Shown: positions 1 through 14,100 of the stretch, piece by piece
Layout of the letters: every line of letters begins with the position of its first letter
Numbering within the stretch: the first letter of the stretch is position 1
Origin: Antedon mediterranea
Lineage: Eukaryota > Animalia > Echinodermata
Assembly (NCBI RefSeq): GCF_964355755.1
Contig: NC_092673.1
Location: 3,472,001 to 3,536,000 of the forward strand
Length of the DNA: 64,000 nucleotides
Direction of reading: 5' to 3'
Notes under the pieces: generated by a model
What the model was told of the DNA's origin: nothing
Database searches by the model: none
The model's input: the letters and a program-made list of their open reading frames with translations, nothing else
Translations under genes and position numbers: made by a program

Positions 1-2699
1 GATATTATGATTCAACCACTGTATAAACAACAGAATCTACAAATAGTCAGCTTTAGTAGTTAGTACTACTACTGCTACAGTATAGAAAAAAGACTACAGA
101 TTAAATTTTGGTTTAGATACAATATTCAGCACTGTAGTCTTTATGGCGCTTATGTTGACGTTAGTTTATGTATGGTATTGATTTTACTCGAGGTTTTCTT
201 GAATATTATTGTATCTCAGCTGCACTGGTAACATTATGTATGTATTTATATTTGCAAGCATTCATTGAGCAGCTGATAACTCTACGGCTTTGTATAAATT
301 TAAATAGAATAAGCGTAATTAATAAATATTGACAAGAAATGAATGAGCATGATAATGTTTATTTGAATAAATTTGATTTAGAATATTGAGATTTAGAAAT
401 TACTGAGAAAATCAGTATTAACTATTAGTGGCTATATCTTAATGGAGATACAAATAAAATAAACAAAAAATTAATCAAAACAATAAAGTAAAACAGCCAG
501 AAAGAGATTACAAAGCTTTCGGGTAACACTAACTCTTCCTCGGTAATATTGGAGTTACATTATATCGGGTTAATGACACGAGGGTACAGTATGGGGTTAA
601 TTACTGATCATACGGTCAATTACATTATACCGGATACAACTCGGATATGATCCAAATCAGCTAAGTGCGCATAGGTAAGTTAACTTTTGTGCGTGTAAAC
701 AGAGCTATATAGTATATAGGTCGCAGGAAGCCGGTGTACTGTAGTGTCAAAGATAACAAGTATTCAGGACAACAAATTATTTAAAAAATATTGATAATAT
801 AATTTTAAAATGTTCACTTTACTGCTTCGGTCAAAGGTCACAAATGACGAAAAGGTCAAATAGTTTAGTGATTGTAATGTGAATACTGTTGTATTTGGAT
901 TTGTCTAATGAACTGTGTTCAAGGTATGAAAAGCTCAAGTTTGTAAATAATATACACTGCTGAATACTACTGTATAGTAAAGTAGAAAAATACTAAGAAA
1001 AAGCTAACAATTTCTTCTCACTTCTCAATAAAAATTAAGTGTACCAAAAGTGTATTTGTACTGGTAGTAGTAGTACACTCATAAAAGTATTAACAGATAT
1101 ATTTTGCTGGTACTTTTAAAGAGCTTGAATAAATGTTAAAATTATACATTATTAAAGTAGTAATTATTTGTGATAATGACAAATCATTTGTTGAAATAAA
1201 TTAGTAAGAAAAGAATTACTATTACTGATTCTAATGTTGAATGATTAATTGAATAAAGTTGGTTCATGCCACAAATAGAAAACAAAATGTACAGTTACAA
1301 TTTTAGAAAAACTTTTGCATTACAAAGTTACTGTAATAGAAACATGTATGTTTGTTACCAACAATTTGAGATAAAAATTAGGTCTCTACAATAAGTGGTT
1401 ACCAAGATATGGCCATTTTGAAAAACACCCTCAAAATAAGTTTTCGGTCAAATAATATTTTTGGCAACAGCCATTTTTGTATTTAGCATAATCAAATAAT
1501 GTGTTGCCAACTTTGAGCACAATTTGCTGCTTGCATCGATATTTTAAATTGTTGTGCCTGGTCTACAGTAAGTGTCCAGCCAGTGGTCATTGTACACATG
1601 GACAAATGACCGGAAACAGCATTCCAGCTTCTATGTATTTTAGCTGAACATGTTAGCTGAATGAATCACCATTGTATTATTAACCACAGGGTGTTTCATC
1701 GCGAGATTTAATCCATTTTACGATTGTTTTTCTCTATTCACACAGAACCATTGTACCAGTCTCCATAATATCACCGGTGTAATTGATTTTGTTTTATGAC
1801 CTGAACAATATTACATTAAATATAGTTTGCAATATTTTACTATATAAATTTTAATTTATTTAAATGTGAAATTTAGGAAATTGATAAAAAAAAAAAAAAT
1901 TAACAATCTATACGCTAACAGTAAATATTTTAAAATATTTTTTGGTTTAAATGTTTGACATGTATTTTTTCTACCAAGTTCAAGCTATTGTATCCGCTGC
2001 AAGGTGGTTGTAGTGCTACAGTACCATTCATAAATCAATCAATTCAAATTTAAAAAATATCCAATCACACTACAGTACAGTATACAGTAATTAATATTTA
2101 AAGTAAAGTACAGGATTCTCTAATCTTGGTAAGGTAATCTTGTCTATTGACACTGTGAAACCAAATTTCTCGGAATATAAAAAAAATAATATCCTATACA
2201 AAGAATATTTTTGTTAATAATACTAGACAGTGCACTACTGTAGATTACTGGAAACTTGTGCTACACAGCCAATGTTGGTTTATCCAGCAGGTACTTTACT
2301 GTGTGAACTAAGTCATCATAGCATAAAGGTATTAAAATATATACCTCCATGGTTATATTATAGATAGAAATTATGACAATGAAAAATATTGAAGTCAATA
2401 TTAATGGCCTTCGTGATTCAATCTTTCAGGAATTATTTGTCCTTCATCTGAATGATTTTGCAGAAAGTATAGGAAATCAAAGTCAATAAAAATATAGTTT
2501 ATTTAAGGCACTGTCAGTTAAAGGTATTTAAATCTACTTGTTTTCCAATTGTCAAGGATAATATTTATTACTATCTACAGTACTGTATCCTTCTGAATAA
2601 AAGGTGGAGAACAAGAAAACAAGTCATACACAGATGCTATTTAAACAAGTCCAAGTCTTTGGAAATGGAGTTGTTTCTGTCATGCGAAAACAATTCTAA

Positions 2700-2900
2700 A
2701 GCTCTGTCTACACTATCAAGCTTTATGCAGGGAGTTGTAAAATAATTTTACAACTCCCTGCTTTATGTGAGAAAACAATGTGATGTGCCCATGGACATGA
2801 TGATGTCATATCACTACTATATTTGGGTATATCACTACCACACTTGTAAGGTACATCACACTTTTTTTTGTCAAACTAGTTTGATAGTGTAAACAGAGCT
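2700..2900. mobile_element. PIF/Harbinger-like MITE, representative copy of a family with about 21 copies
   Basis: TIR AGCTCTGTCTACACTATCAAACT with TAA/TTA flanks. Other copies near 3497, 7285, 7837, 9400, 10734, 11063, 17643, 18334, 24008, 24990, 28073, 29849, 30469, 33190, 43957, 49629, 50568, 54630, 61124, 61829. Confidence 0.88.
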
Positions 2901-4141
2901 TAACTGACCTGATTTGAACCAAGCTACTGTACTGAACTCCATTTTAAATACATACATCACAGGTCAATATACTCCAGTAAAATTCCCATTCACAATTTGA
3001 ATTAGAAATAAGGGTAGTAGTAATAGTAGGCTAGTATTTAAATCACCTATTATTACTCCCATTTAATTATTCCTGTTCCATTCAAAGCATCAATGCATGT
3101 ATTGTCTCATAAATATTTAAGTGTGAAGTGATCTCCTCTGACGGAACCATAAAACGAAAATGTGAGAAGTAATTTCTAAAGAATGCTTTACTTGCCAAAT
3201 TCCATCTAAATTTACATGGAGAATAGCAGTGTTCTAATGTCTACAAATTGGGTTTAATTCTTCCCTGGAGCCAAAGAGAAACATGGGATTCATTACAGAA
3301 TAACAGAGTATGATTGTTTGACAGGATATAAAAGAAACTTCAATTCACTGTGATACTGTACTGTGAAAATCATATAAAAATCCTGTATTTATTATACCAT
3401 AAAAATGCACAACCTATTGTATTCATGAAGCTACTTGGTAAAATAGAATATTCTATACAAAACCTACCATACAACATTTTTTGCTATAGTTATAAATCTC
3501 TATCTACTAAATCAAACTTTATGTGACAAAAAATGTGATGATCACTACCATATCTGGACATATCACTACAAAATTTGGGCACATCACACCTTTTTTGTCA
3601 AACTAGTTTGATAATGTAGACAAGGCTTAAGACCTAATAGAAATATTTATTAATGGCCTATTAATTAACAGTATATTAATAATAATTTAGGACCCTTTGG
3701 AATTGGAAATGTCTGCTTTTTGGAGAGTTTCTGGATTTCATATTGGGAGAGTTGACTGTACTACGGTACTATATGTAAATTAATCCAGAAAATACAACAG
3801 AAAAGTCATATCCTTTCTATTTTCATACAAAAGGTACTAATAACTGGAATTCACTTCAAATAGATTTCAAGGCTATTTTCTATACAATACAAAACCTGCA
3901 AAAATAACTACGCATTAACAATGACAGATTCAAGTCTATTCAATTCTAAAATCACTGTCAATTTCCTGCATACAGCAACCTCACATCACTTAGGCCTAGT
4001 ACCGGACTCTTACCTAAAATCTTATAACCAACTAGATCAAGGTAGCCTACAATAGGTATTATAGTAGTACAGTGAATTCAATTTTAATATTATATTTTAT
4101 ATTACACTTTACTTTTTTATTTCTTTTATAAAAAAAATGTA

Positions 4142-4873
4142 CGCCGTGGTTAGGATTCCGGCACCGGAACTCAACTGCCCACCGTTAGGGAATCCGACAC
4201 GCTATTGCGCATGCCCAAAGCTCTGGGAAGTGAATTATACTAATAGCTTGCCACACGTCACACACCACACCACCGAGAGTCGGAGTGTTATAGGGATTTA
4301 GTGTAGCCAAGATAGTCGTTGCGCGAGCGAGCGATGGATGAAACTTGGCCTATGCCATACATGAATTAATAATTAAAATACGACTACGCCACGCGTTAAA
4401 ATAATTATATAATGATATAATAATAAGTATCAGTATCTATCTAAGAATCGTAATGCTGTTTTTAGCGTTGCGACCCTGACTTCCCGAACAGTTTTTTCAC
4501 ATCCACGCGGTGGCTGCCGTCAACAAATCAACTTGTGATTGCATGTTGTTATGTACAGTATAATGCGTTATGAAAAATCATAAAACTAGTCATGTAATAA
4601 TTCATAATGATATGAAGTTTATATATGAATGAAGCAACCACTAAATAGGCCCACTGGTCACGTCTAACTGGTAGCCCTAGCCTAGATTAGTGGATCCCGT
4701 ATTAGTAGGCATCTAGGCTAGTTCGCCGTGTGGCGCACCTATGAAATGATCCATCGCTGTTGATAAGTATAGAGTCGCCGATTACCTCGCTCTGGCCCGG
4801 GCATGCGCAATAGCGTGTCGGATTCCCTAACGCTGGGCAGTTGAGTTCCGGTGCCGGAATCCTAACCACGGCG
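4142..4873. mobile_element. Non-autonomous DNA transposon with 75-bp TIRs and a degenerate 9-bp TSD (Mutator-like)
   Basis: TIRs at 4142-4216 and 4799-4873 differ by one base; flanks are AAAAATGTA and AAAAACATA. Confidence 0.8.
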
Positions 4874-4901
4874 AAAAACATATTCTTTTCTTTTTTTTCT
4901 A

Positions 4902-5117
<216 letters not shown>

Positions 5118-6612
5118 TCAGGTTACTTTTCAGAACACAAACAACAAAAGGGGATTTGTTGACATATTTATCACAGTATATGTCTATGTATATTTTTAAC
5201 AAACATAGTTCGTATAAATAGACAATACGGGTCGTCTGTTTTCTCAATTTCAGGTAGGCTCAGCTAAGCCAATGTTTCTCTTCCCTTAGGCCTACCTCCA
5301 CACACGACAGGCAGGGGAATTTCGTCGCTTCCTCTTTCGTCGTTGGTTTGGTGTCAGCAGTCACACCGCGCTCCGTCTCGCTTCCGATTTAGACGTACAC
5401 TAGCGCAAAAGAATAAAGACTGTTTTCATAAACAAATATACAGATATAACTCATTAAAGGCAATAACAGAATCTAAATCAATTTCTCAACAGGTACACAA
5501 TCTGACAGTGTTTTGTGACCCTTCTACAATATCATCAGTCAAAACACAAGCAGGTCAGGTGTCCATTTTGTTCCGCAGTTTACGCACCACACCTGATTAC
5601 GTCACCATCTCGGCTAAAAAAGGTGGCAGCAGACTACTTTTTTACAATAAATAAAATTGTTACTGTATTATAAAACCATTCTTATCTCGTATATACACCG
5701 ATAATAATTATTAGAAGAGATATGGAAATTATCTGAATGCAGAAAAGATCAAATAGGCTTCTAGATTGTTTGCATTCAAGTACATCATTTTTATTTTATT
5801 TTTAATTCAGTTGTCAACCAACAGCGATGAAACCGCCACTAACAGGTGGATATTTTGGTTTTTTTCCTGTAAAGTTTCAGCAATTGTTAAAAGAGACAAC
5901 ATTGAAGATATTTTTAAATGTTTTATTTATTGAGTCACAAATGCACAGGTTTTTGAGTTTGATGCACATCAAATAATACTCAGATATATTCAGCAGTAGA
6001 CTATGCTCTCATCCCAAACCTCTTCAGTCATTTTCTTTTATCCCAATACCTCAAAATCCGCCTAAAATAAAACTTCTTATACCTTTACAATGAAGGACTT
6101 CTATATTCAGGTATTTAATTGTTTATAACAATGAGAATAGGCATTCAAAGATTTAGAGTTATTTTCAGATTAGAATTTTAGTCATAACTTTCCCCCTCCC
6201 CAAAAGTAATCACACCCAACCCATTTCCCCACGTTTACATAAAATTGAAAGTATAAGGAAACAATCTAGATGGCTGTATTGTTAAATTGTTAATGTTAAC
6301 AAATAAAAAGAAAAAAAAATACTGTTATCTACATACAGAGTCTGTACATTAAGCACACGAATGAGAGCTTGAAAGTTTAAAATTTTGGGCTTAAATAAAT
6401 GGATTATTATTAATTAATAATAATTAAACCACAATACAATTTTGATACACAATATTTCTCAACTTAAGACTGTTTAAGTGTACCAGCACCATTATATACC
6501 TAATTATTATCATCAAAATGTACATTACCTAAGATTTGGCATTTAGTTATAGCATAAAAATGTCACTAAAATAATGAATAAAAAACAAATAAAATACTTT
6601 GACATAATATAT

Positions 6613-6774
6613 AGTCAACTCTCCCAATATAGGACTCTCTGAAAACGGGAAACTCTCCCAAAACTAGACTTTTATTGAGGTCTAAAATGTCCCAAATCCT
6701 TTTTTTACCAGAATTTCTAGAAACCATTAATATCAGGCCAGCCCAAGTGTATCTGGCATTGGGAGGGTTGACTG
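6613..6774. mobile_element. Tc1/mariner (pogo-like) MITE with TA flanks
   Basis: TIRs (C/T)AGTCAACTCTCCCAAT and ATTGGGAGGGTTGACTG. Single ends also at about 3741-3758, 20632-20644 and 49123-49140. Confidence 0.7.
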
Positions 6775-8161
6775 TATAATCGATTTAATACTATTGTTTA
6801 CCCTGTCTACGAGATGTACATTTCAAAATAACTCAAATTACAAACAAAGTATTCTGCCTGTATCAAATTAAATTATAAATGAATGGTAGGCACTAACCTA
6901 TCATTTATTAAAAATTAATGTAAGATTAACATCATTATTATTCAAAATCAAATTATGATCTAAACCTGATTAAATAATTAAAAAATAATGTCAATATTAT
7001 TAGTAATAAGCAATAACATCATTATAATACCAATAGAATACTGTTGAGTTGTACAAAATACATAATTATTTAATGAATATATACAATAAAAGGTATTAAA
7101 ACTAACAAAGACAACGTTATCATCTTTTATGGCTGGGCCGCACCCAGCATGAGATTTTTTATTTTTACCACCCACCCCACTTCTCCAGCAAAGATCGTCA
7201 TATTTTATATTGATATTTATATTTAAAACATTATGTGTTTTTATCCTCTTGCTACGGCCTTGCGTGGTACCATAAGTGAATATAAAGCTACACTATCAAA
7301 CTTTATGTGATGTGCCCATATATGGACATGATGATGCCACATCACTACTATATTTAAGCATATCACTACCATATTTGGGCACATCACACTTTATTTGTCA
7401 AACTAGTTTGATAGTGTAGACAGAGCTTAACTGAAATTAATGCAAAGAAATATTAACAGTACTGTACTTGAAGCTACTTAGATTGGGTGGTCATTTAAAA
7501 ATCGAAATGACCACACCTATACTGACCCACACCCATAATTGACCACTCCCATAATTGTCAAGTCAAAATGTCACAAGCTTACAGCAGAAGAAAAAAATGT
7601 TAATTATTATTTCTTAAAGAAAGAATACTCCTCATTGCATATAAAACAATTGCAATAGACAATTAACTTAATAAGTTCTAAAAATTCAATATAAATCTTT
7701 TAAAACTGTAGATTGAGAGTTTGTTGTGTATTACTGTAGTGCTAAATGTTTTCGATCAAACTTGGCATTTTAAAAATATTTATGCTATCAAACTGATATT
7801 TTGTTATACCTATAGAAAACAGTGAGCACAGTCTAAAGCTCTGTCTCCACTATCAAACTAGTTTGACAAAAAAGTGTGATGTGCCAAGATATGGTAGTGA
7901 TATGCCCAAATATAGTAATGATATGACATCATCATGCCTATTTATGGACACATCACATTTTTGTTATAGTGTAGACAGAGCTTTAAGTTCCAGGAATGTA
8001 TCGACCTTGGATTAAACTTCATATTGCCCTAAAGTCCATCCAAATCTTGCAGACGTTTTTAGAAAGCATTGAGCTCGAACTTCTGTGCACAGCTAAAATA
8101 CACTGCTGACTTTATTATTCACTATCTTAGTGTGAGCGATAATAGTTCTTTACTGTCAATT

Positions 8162-11100
8162 TCAAACGTTCGTTTCTTTACCTACCAACCGTGGACTCAC
8201 ACTTCCTGTTGGTGGCTTAGTAATTGGCGGATTAAACTTTGACCTTAAGTTATTTGCTGGGGAGTCTGCAAATATGTCATTATCATTTGGATCACTATGT
8301 TCTATCTTGTCTGGTGATGCTAAAAGTACATGAAAGGGAAAAAAATTTAATATTTTAACAAAATAAGATATCAGCATTCAACAAATTCAACAAACATTTA
8401 TTTACTCAAATGCCATATAAATAATACAGAGCATAAAATGAGGACCAACGTTGAAGTAAACTTGTCTCAGTTGGCCCTTTAACATGGTTATAAAAAATAC
8501 AAGTACAAGTACGTGAGTGAGTGTGGCCGAGTAACAGTGGAACCATAATCCATAGCCATAGTGGTAGAACAAGTCTTCTCGGATAAGGACTATAAACCGT
8601 AGGTCGAGACGAGTAGGGGGTTACCCCGGTGTACTAGTTCATATGCACACACTGTCGTGGACAGACGTAATGGCGCCGTAGTTGGCTGCCGATGAAACGA
8701 TGTGACCCTTAGGGGAGAAGAATGTTGTTGAAAAGGTGTAACATCTAAGTCCACAGCGCCTTCGATCACTTGTTGCTGCAATTGGCGCTTTACAAATTCG
8801 TATATATTATAGTATTAATATTACAAGTGAGAATATGAAGCATCAGTATATAATAAGAAAATGTTAAATATTTAAATAAGACTAAGACATATTTCTTTAA
8901 TTCTTTCTTGAACAAAATGTTTGATTTCTTTAATATTAATAGAAAGCTTGTTCATCATTCAACCCTTCTAAACTTAATCTCTGGTTTACTGCACATTCTG
9001 GATTTCAGAATGATAGAATTATATTTTAAGTGTCTCCTGTCTCAGGGAGAATATTTTCGGATGGCTCTGAACAATGATTGCATTTGTTTTGACTGGAGAA
9101 AATTTAGTGGTACAGCATAAAAGATATTTTTTAAATTTACATTAAATTATATAAATAAAAATAAAAAGAATATACATACAAGATTCTGTCTTTGTACTTA
9201 CTTATAGATAAGTCCTCATACAAGGATGCTTTCCTGGTAGGTGGAGATTTAGGAGGTAATCTCTTAGGCTTTGGCGATTTCACTAACATCTTACTTTGAC
9301 AAGCATCTTTCCAACAACCTACAAACAATTTTGGTATTTTTAGTAAAACCTGGGAACACAAAGTGCTATTAAGGCCTTTAGAAAGTGTTGTGACAAAATG
9401 GTAAGAGATTTTGGAGGGTTTTAGGCCTATTTGTGCCATAAAGTGATATATCCATATATGGATATGATGCCATATCACTACCATATTTAGGCACATCATA
9501 CTTTTTTTTTTCAAACTAGTTTGATAGTGTAGACAGAGTTTTAGGTATTCTCATTGCCTTGTCCTTTGGATGGGATGTTAAGCCATTGGTCCTGTGTACT
9601 AGGCCTAGGGCATGTTAAAGAATTGTGTACACTTATTAAAAAAGATTAGATGATTGTCTTCTAGTGATCTTGGTATGGGTTCTTATGGGACCTAATCTGA
9701 ATTTGTTCAGTTTTCAGTTAAGCATAAGGACGATAATAGTTATATTAACAAATAATATAATTTAAAATTAAATATATCACAATGATCCTACCTGTATCAA
9801 GAAAATGTTGCTCAAATGCTTGCGTCCACTTTGAAAACGCCCTGTTTGATTCGGTTGCTATGATGTACTTGACCTTAAAACTGCCGTTTTTGCATGTCAT
9901 TAGGAATGTGTTAAGTCGTTTGCGTACCGCTTGATCAGTAGAGCTTACGACAGTATCCTAAATCAACAAGATATTAATTAGTTCTTAACCTGTGTTCAGA
10001 CGTTCACAATATTCAGTCATATATCAAGAAATCGCTTAGTTACACACTGTAAATTTTTATATCAGGAATAAAAAAAAAACATCGATGGTGAACTCCATTG
10101 AAAAATTGCACAAGAGCACATTTTCTGTAAATGTAAGTATTGATAATGTCTTTTACGAGTGATTGCTAATGATACTATGCCAAAATTGATGACTTATTCT
10201 GCTATAGTCATCAATCTACTGAATTGATATCCAACAAGTACAGTACTAAGCTTTTATACAAATAATGAATGTTGAATGGAAAGACTATTTCATGAGTTGA
10301 AAGATGGATTGTACAATTTAATAAGACAGAGCAAAGTTAAATAGAACAGTGAATGTTAATTGTTATAACAAATTGGGAGTACGGAACCTGAACTCTTGTT
10401 ATAGTGATTAGGTTCACTTTTAGGTTCCTGCCTACTCCCTTAGTTTCTGTGTTTTGTTTGTTTGTAACTGGTTTTTGGCAATAAATAATAATAATAATAA
10501 TAATTAAATATTCTCTCCGTTCAACAAATGCGAAGAACATTCAATGATAATAAAATGTTAATATTGAAAGTGATAAATATCCTAGCATTGCTACTTCAGG
10601 GCACTATTTGGAAAATATTGATGTCAGGGCTTAAGTTTAATATAGCACACAACGGTGACAGCTCCCTCATTGTATAATATTAACACCTGAAATTGCACAA
10701 TAAGTCATTATGGTAGTTTATTAGAGAGTCTTAAGCTCTGTTCACACTATCAAACTAGTTTGACAAAAAAGTGATATGCTTAAATATGGTAGTGATATGA
10801 CATCATCATGTCAATATATCACATTTTTTGTCACATAAAGTTTGATAGTGTAGACAGATTCTTACCTTTTGTATTCGAATTGAAGTTACAGGTATAACAC
10901 TGCCAACATCTTCAGGTTTATTCCAGCATTTTAACTTGCCTTCCTTTAAGACGCACCACTTACGAGTCCATTGGGTTTTGGATCCTACTATCTCCTAGGT
11001 AGATAAAAGAATATTTTGATTGTAAAAACACATTTATAAATATTCATAATATTTGTATTGTATACACTATCTACACTATAAAAATGTGATGTGTCCATAT

Positions 11101-14100
11101 GTAGACATGATGATGTCATATCACTACCATATTTGGGCATATCACTACCATATTTGGGCACATCACACTCGTTTGATAGTGTAAACAGAGCTTAAAGCCT
11201 TGGAGAAAACAAAGATTGGTAAGGCTAGAAGCTTCAGCCTGACCCTAATGAGGTCAAGAAACTTGTAGTTTTAACAATTACAATATCTTGGGTATTACTA
11301 AAATCATCAAATGTAAAAAACATCACATGGCTGTATAGGTGAAAGACATAAAAAAAAACATATATAATATTTTGATCAAATCCCAAGAGTTGATTAGTGA
11401 TAACATGAAAAGTTCCTTGGGCACACAAGATGAAACATCCAATAGATTAAAAGTTAAGCCCCTCAGTTTGTTTGTGACAAGATTGAAAAAACTAAGTTTT
11501 CCTGGGAGGGATAAAATAGGATTAGAAAAGGAAGTGATCATACTATTACCTACTTTAGTTCCCAGTTGGACACTATGCAATGACTTTGTAGGCGCAATGG
11601 TAGTTAGTTGACCAATCATAAGTGACAGTTTGGATGATACAATGTGATGTGATTGGTCAAATTACTTGCATTGCATCTAAGTGGGAACCAAGGTTAAGAT
11701 AATTTTTTTTCAAATTATATCTTTGATTTTAAAAATTAACTTACCTGAAAATTTAAATAACCAGAGACTGTCTCCTCCATCATACATGAAGGCTGAGCTA
11801 CTAATCGACAACAAAAATGTCCGTAGATTTTTAGTCTATGAGGACAGGGTACATCTACAATGAAAATAAAAGAGCTGAGTGTAATAGTACCATTCATTAT
11901 CACAATTAAGTATCACTGTTCTGAACGTAACTAATCATTAATAATAATAGTTCCTTCTTATATAGCGCATATAAGCAAGCTCTTAATGGGCTGACACATT
12001 ATTACACCAGCCATTTTTTGGATCAAATACATATGGAAACATACTCCCGGACCCATAATAATGCAGCTAGTAATCAGCGCAAAGTTGTGTCTTGGTCTAA
12101 CCGGGTACCCATTTATACACCTGGGTGGAGAGAGGCAAATGTAAGTAAAGTGTCCTGCTTAAGGATACAAGCAATGCGGGCGACAGTTGGAATTAAACTA
12201 CGATCTCACGATCAGTAATCCAACGTTCAACACACTGCGCCACATGCCCTCAATCAAATGATGAATAAGAAATAAATACCTTCTTCTACTTGTAGATCAT
12301 GTATCTTAATTCCATTGTATACATCTTTTAATGTAAGTTTAGCCTTTGCTACCAAACTAAACCTTGGACCCTTTGTAACTGCATCATCGACAGTCTAACA
12401 CAAAAAAAAGCATCAACCAACCAATTAAAAAATCAGTATAATAAAAATTAAAAAAACTAAAATACAATAAAAATAAATTTAAAGCATTATTAATCTAATA
12501 AGATTTTATTTTAATTAATTCAGTTATAAAATTATTACATTATAACCCCTCACTATTAAGGGACACTTTCTCAAGGCCATAATGAGAGGTTAAAAAAATA
12601 CGAGGAAAAGATGCTATAAATATAATTAGTAATATAAAATATGACGCTCTGTGCTGGGGAATTGGGGTGGGTGGTGAAATTTCCGGACGAGGCGAGCGCC
12701 TCATGCTGGCTACGGCCCTGTTTCTGGTGAAACAAAAGAGGGAAATATATATAAATATTTTTAATTTACTAAATGTTCTCAGAAAATTATTTTCCTTGGG
12801 CAAGTAACATGTGAAGGTAAATTCAAAGATTAAAAGGAATGAAGCCAAATGAAAATTATTTGTAATAAATTAAAGAAACTAAAATGATATAAAATATATA
12901 AATATAAAAATATATGAAATATTGAAAATGGATGATAGATTGTTCAATATAGCAAGATTATATGCTATATAAAGGTCAAAATTAGGGAAAAAATAGTGTG
13001 TGAATATTAGTGTTTACACATGTAAATATAAAATTTTCAAATATTCATATTTCATTTAGAGAACAACGCAGTAAAATATGGATGATGTTATGCTTTCAAT
13101 ATAACTATAAAAGATATGAAACAAGACAGAATTCAGGAATATTAAAAAGATTTAATTCTAGCCTATGTATAATGTCAAAGGGAAAGAGGTGGGGGGGGGG
13201 GAAGAGGGGGGTCTGTGGGGTTGTGTCTTTTTCTACAATTAGGGGCAAGCATAAATAACTAAAGAAAAGATATTTTTAGACCAAATAGTTTGACTGCTGG
13301 CTGTTTTTGTCAAAAAATTTTCACGAGTTTGGCCTATTTACCATTACTTTCATTGGTGGTCTCTAGTTTTAAAAGATGGGTGGTTTAAACCCCTCCTCCC
13401 CCCCCCCCCCATGGCTAAAGGTCTGGGAGGATCATCAGTATTATTGAAATCAGTGGGTAATAGTGTAGTTGAAATTACACACTAACCCATGGATTACTTA
13501 CTACTGTATTCCCTATCAGGATTTTCACTTGTAATTAAACAGCTATTTTAAGTAAAACGGTTTGCATTATCATTTAAAAAAATTCATATCCTGTATTACT
13601 TAATACTCTATTTTGCATTAATTTCTTGTTTATGCCGCTATGGCTATACCATTTCTGTGAGACTGCTATTATTTCTAATTAGAATTTTATAATCTGTTAC
13701 AAATCCACCGACGGTATTAACAACAAAACAGTATATTTTAATTAGAAATAAAACATGTGTTTCTGTTGAACGAAATGATTTATTACTAAACCCCTCCCCC
13801 TTCCCACACATCCAAGTGGCACCTTAATATCGATTGGTTCGGATAAAGCCTCTTCTTTAATTTCTGCAATGGATCTAACCTTTTTCATTATCTTGATTTC
13901 TCAATGCAAGGCCATTTACTAAGAGCCTAACAAAAGCAGTCTCATAATTTTACTTCGTTTGAGCTACTTACAAACGAGCTGCAAGTAGCCTAAGAACAAC
14001 ATAAACAATAGAAGATCGAGAAAAGATAAAGTAGGAAGGAAGTTAGACACAAAACTACAGTATCATCAGTGTGATGCAACTAGTGGACATATCATAATTC

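Noticed and set aside
8955-9092. Possible extra or alternative terminal rhotekin exon (open 45 codons after a CAG)
   Set aside because: No homology support; 8162-8319 provides a convincing end with a PDZ-binding motif.
11234-11619. Overlapping ORFs of 64-98 aa on both strands
   Set aside because: No recognisable motif or usable splice sites, and the flanking rhotekin exons join in frame without them.
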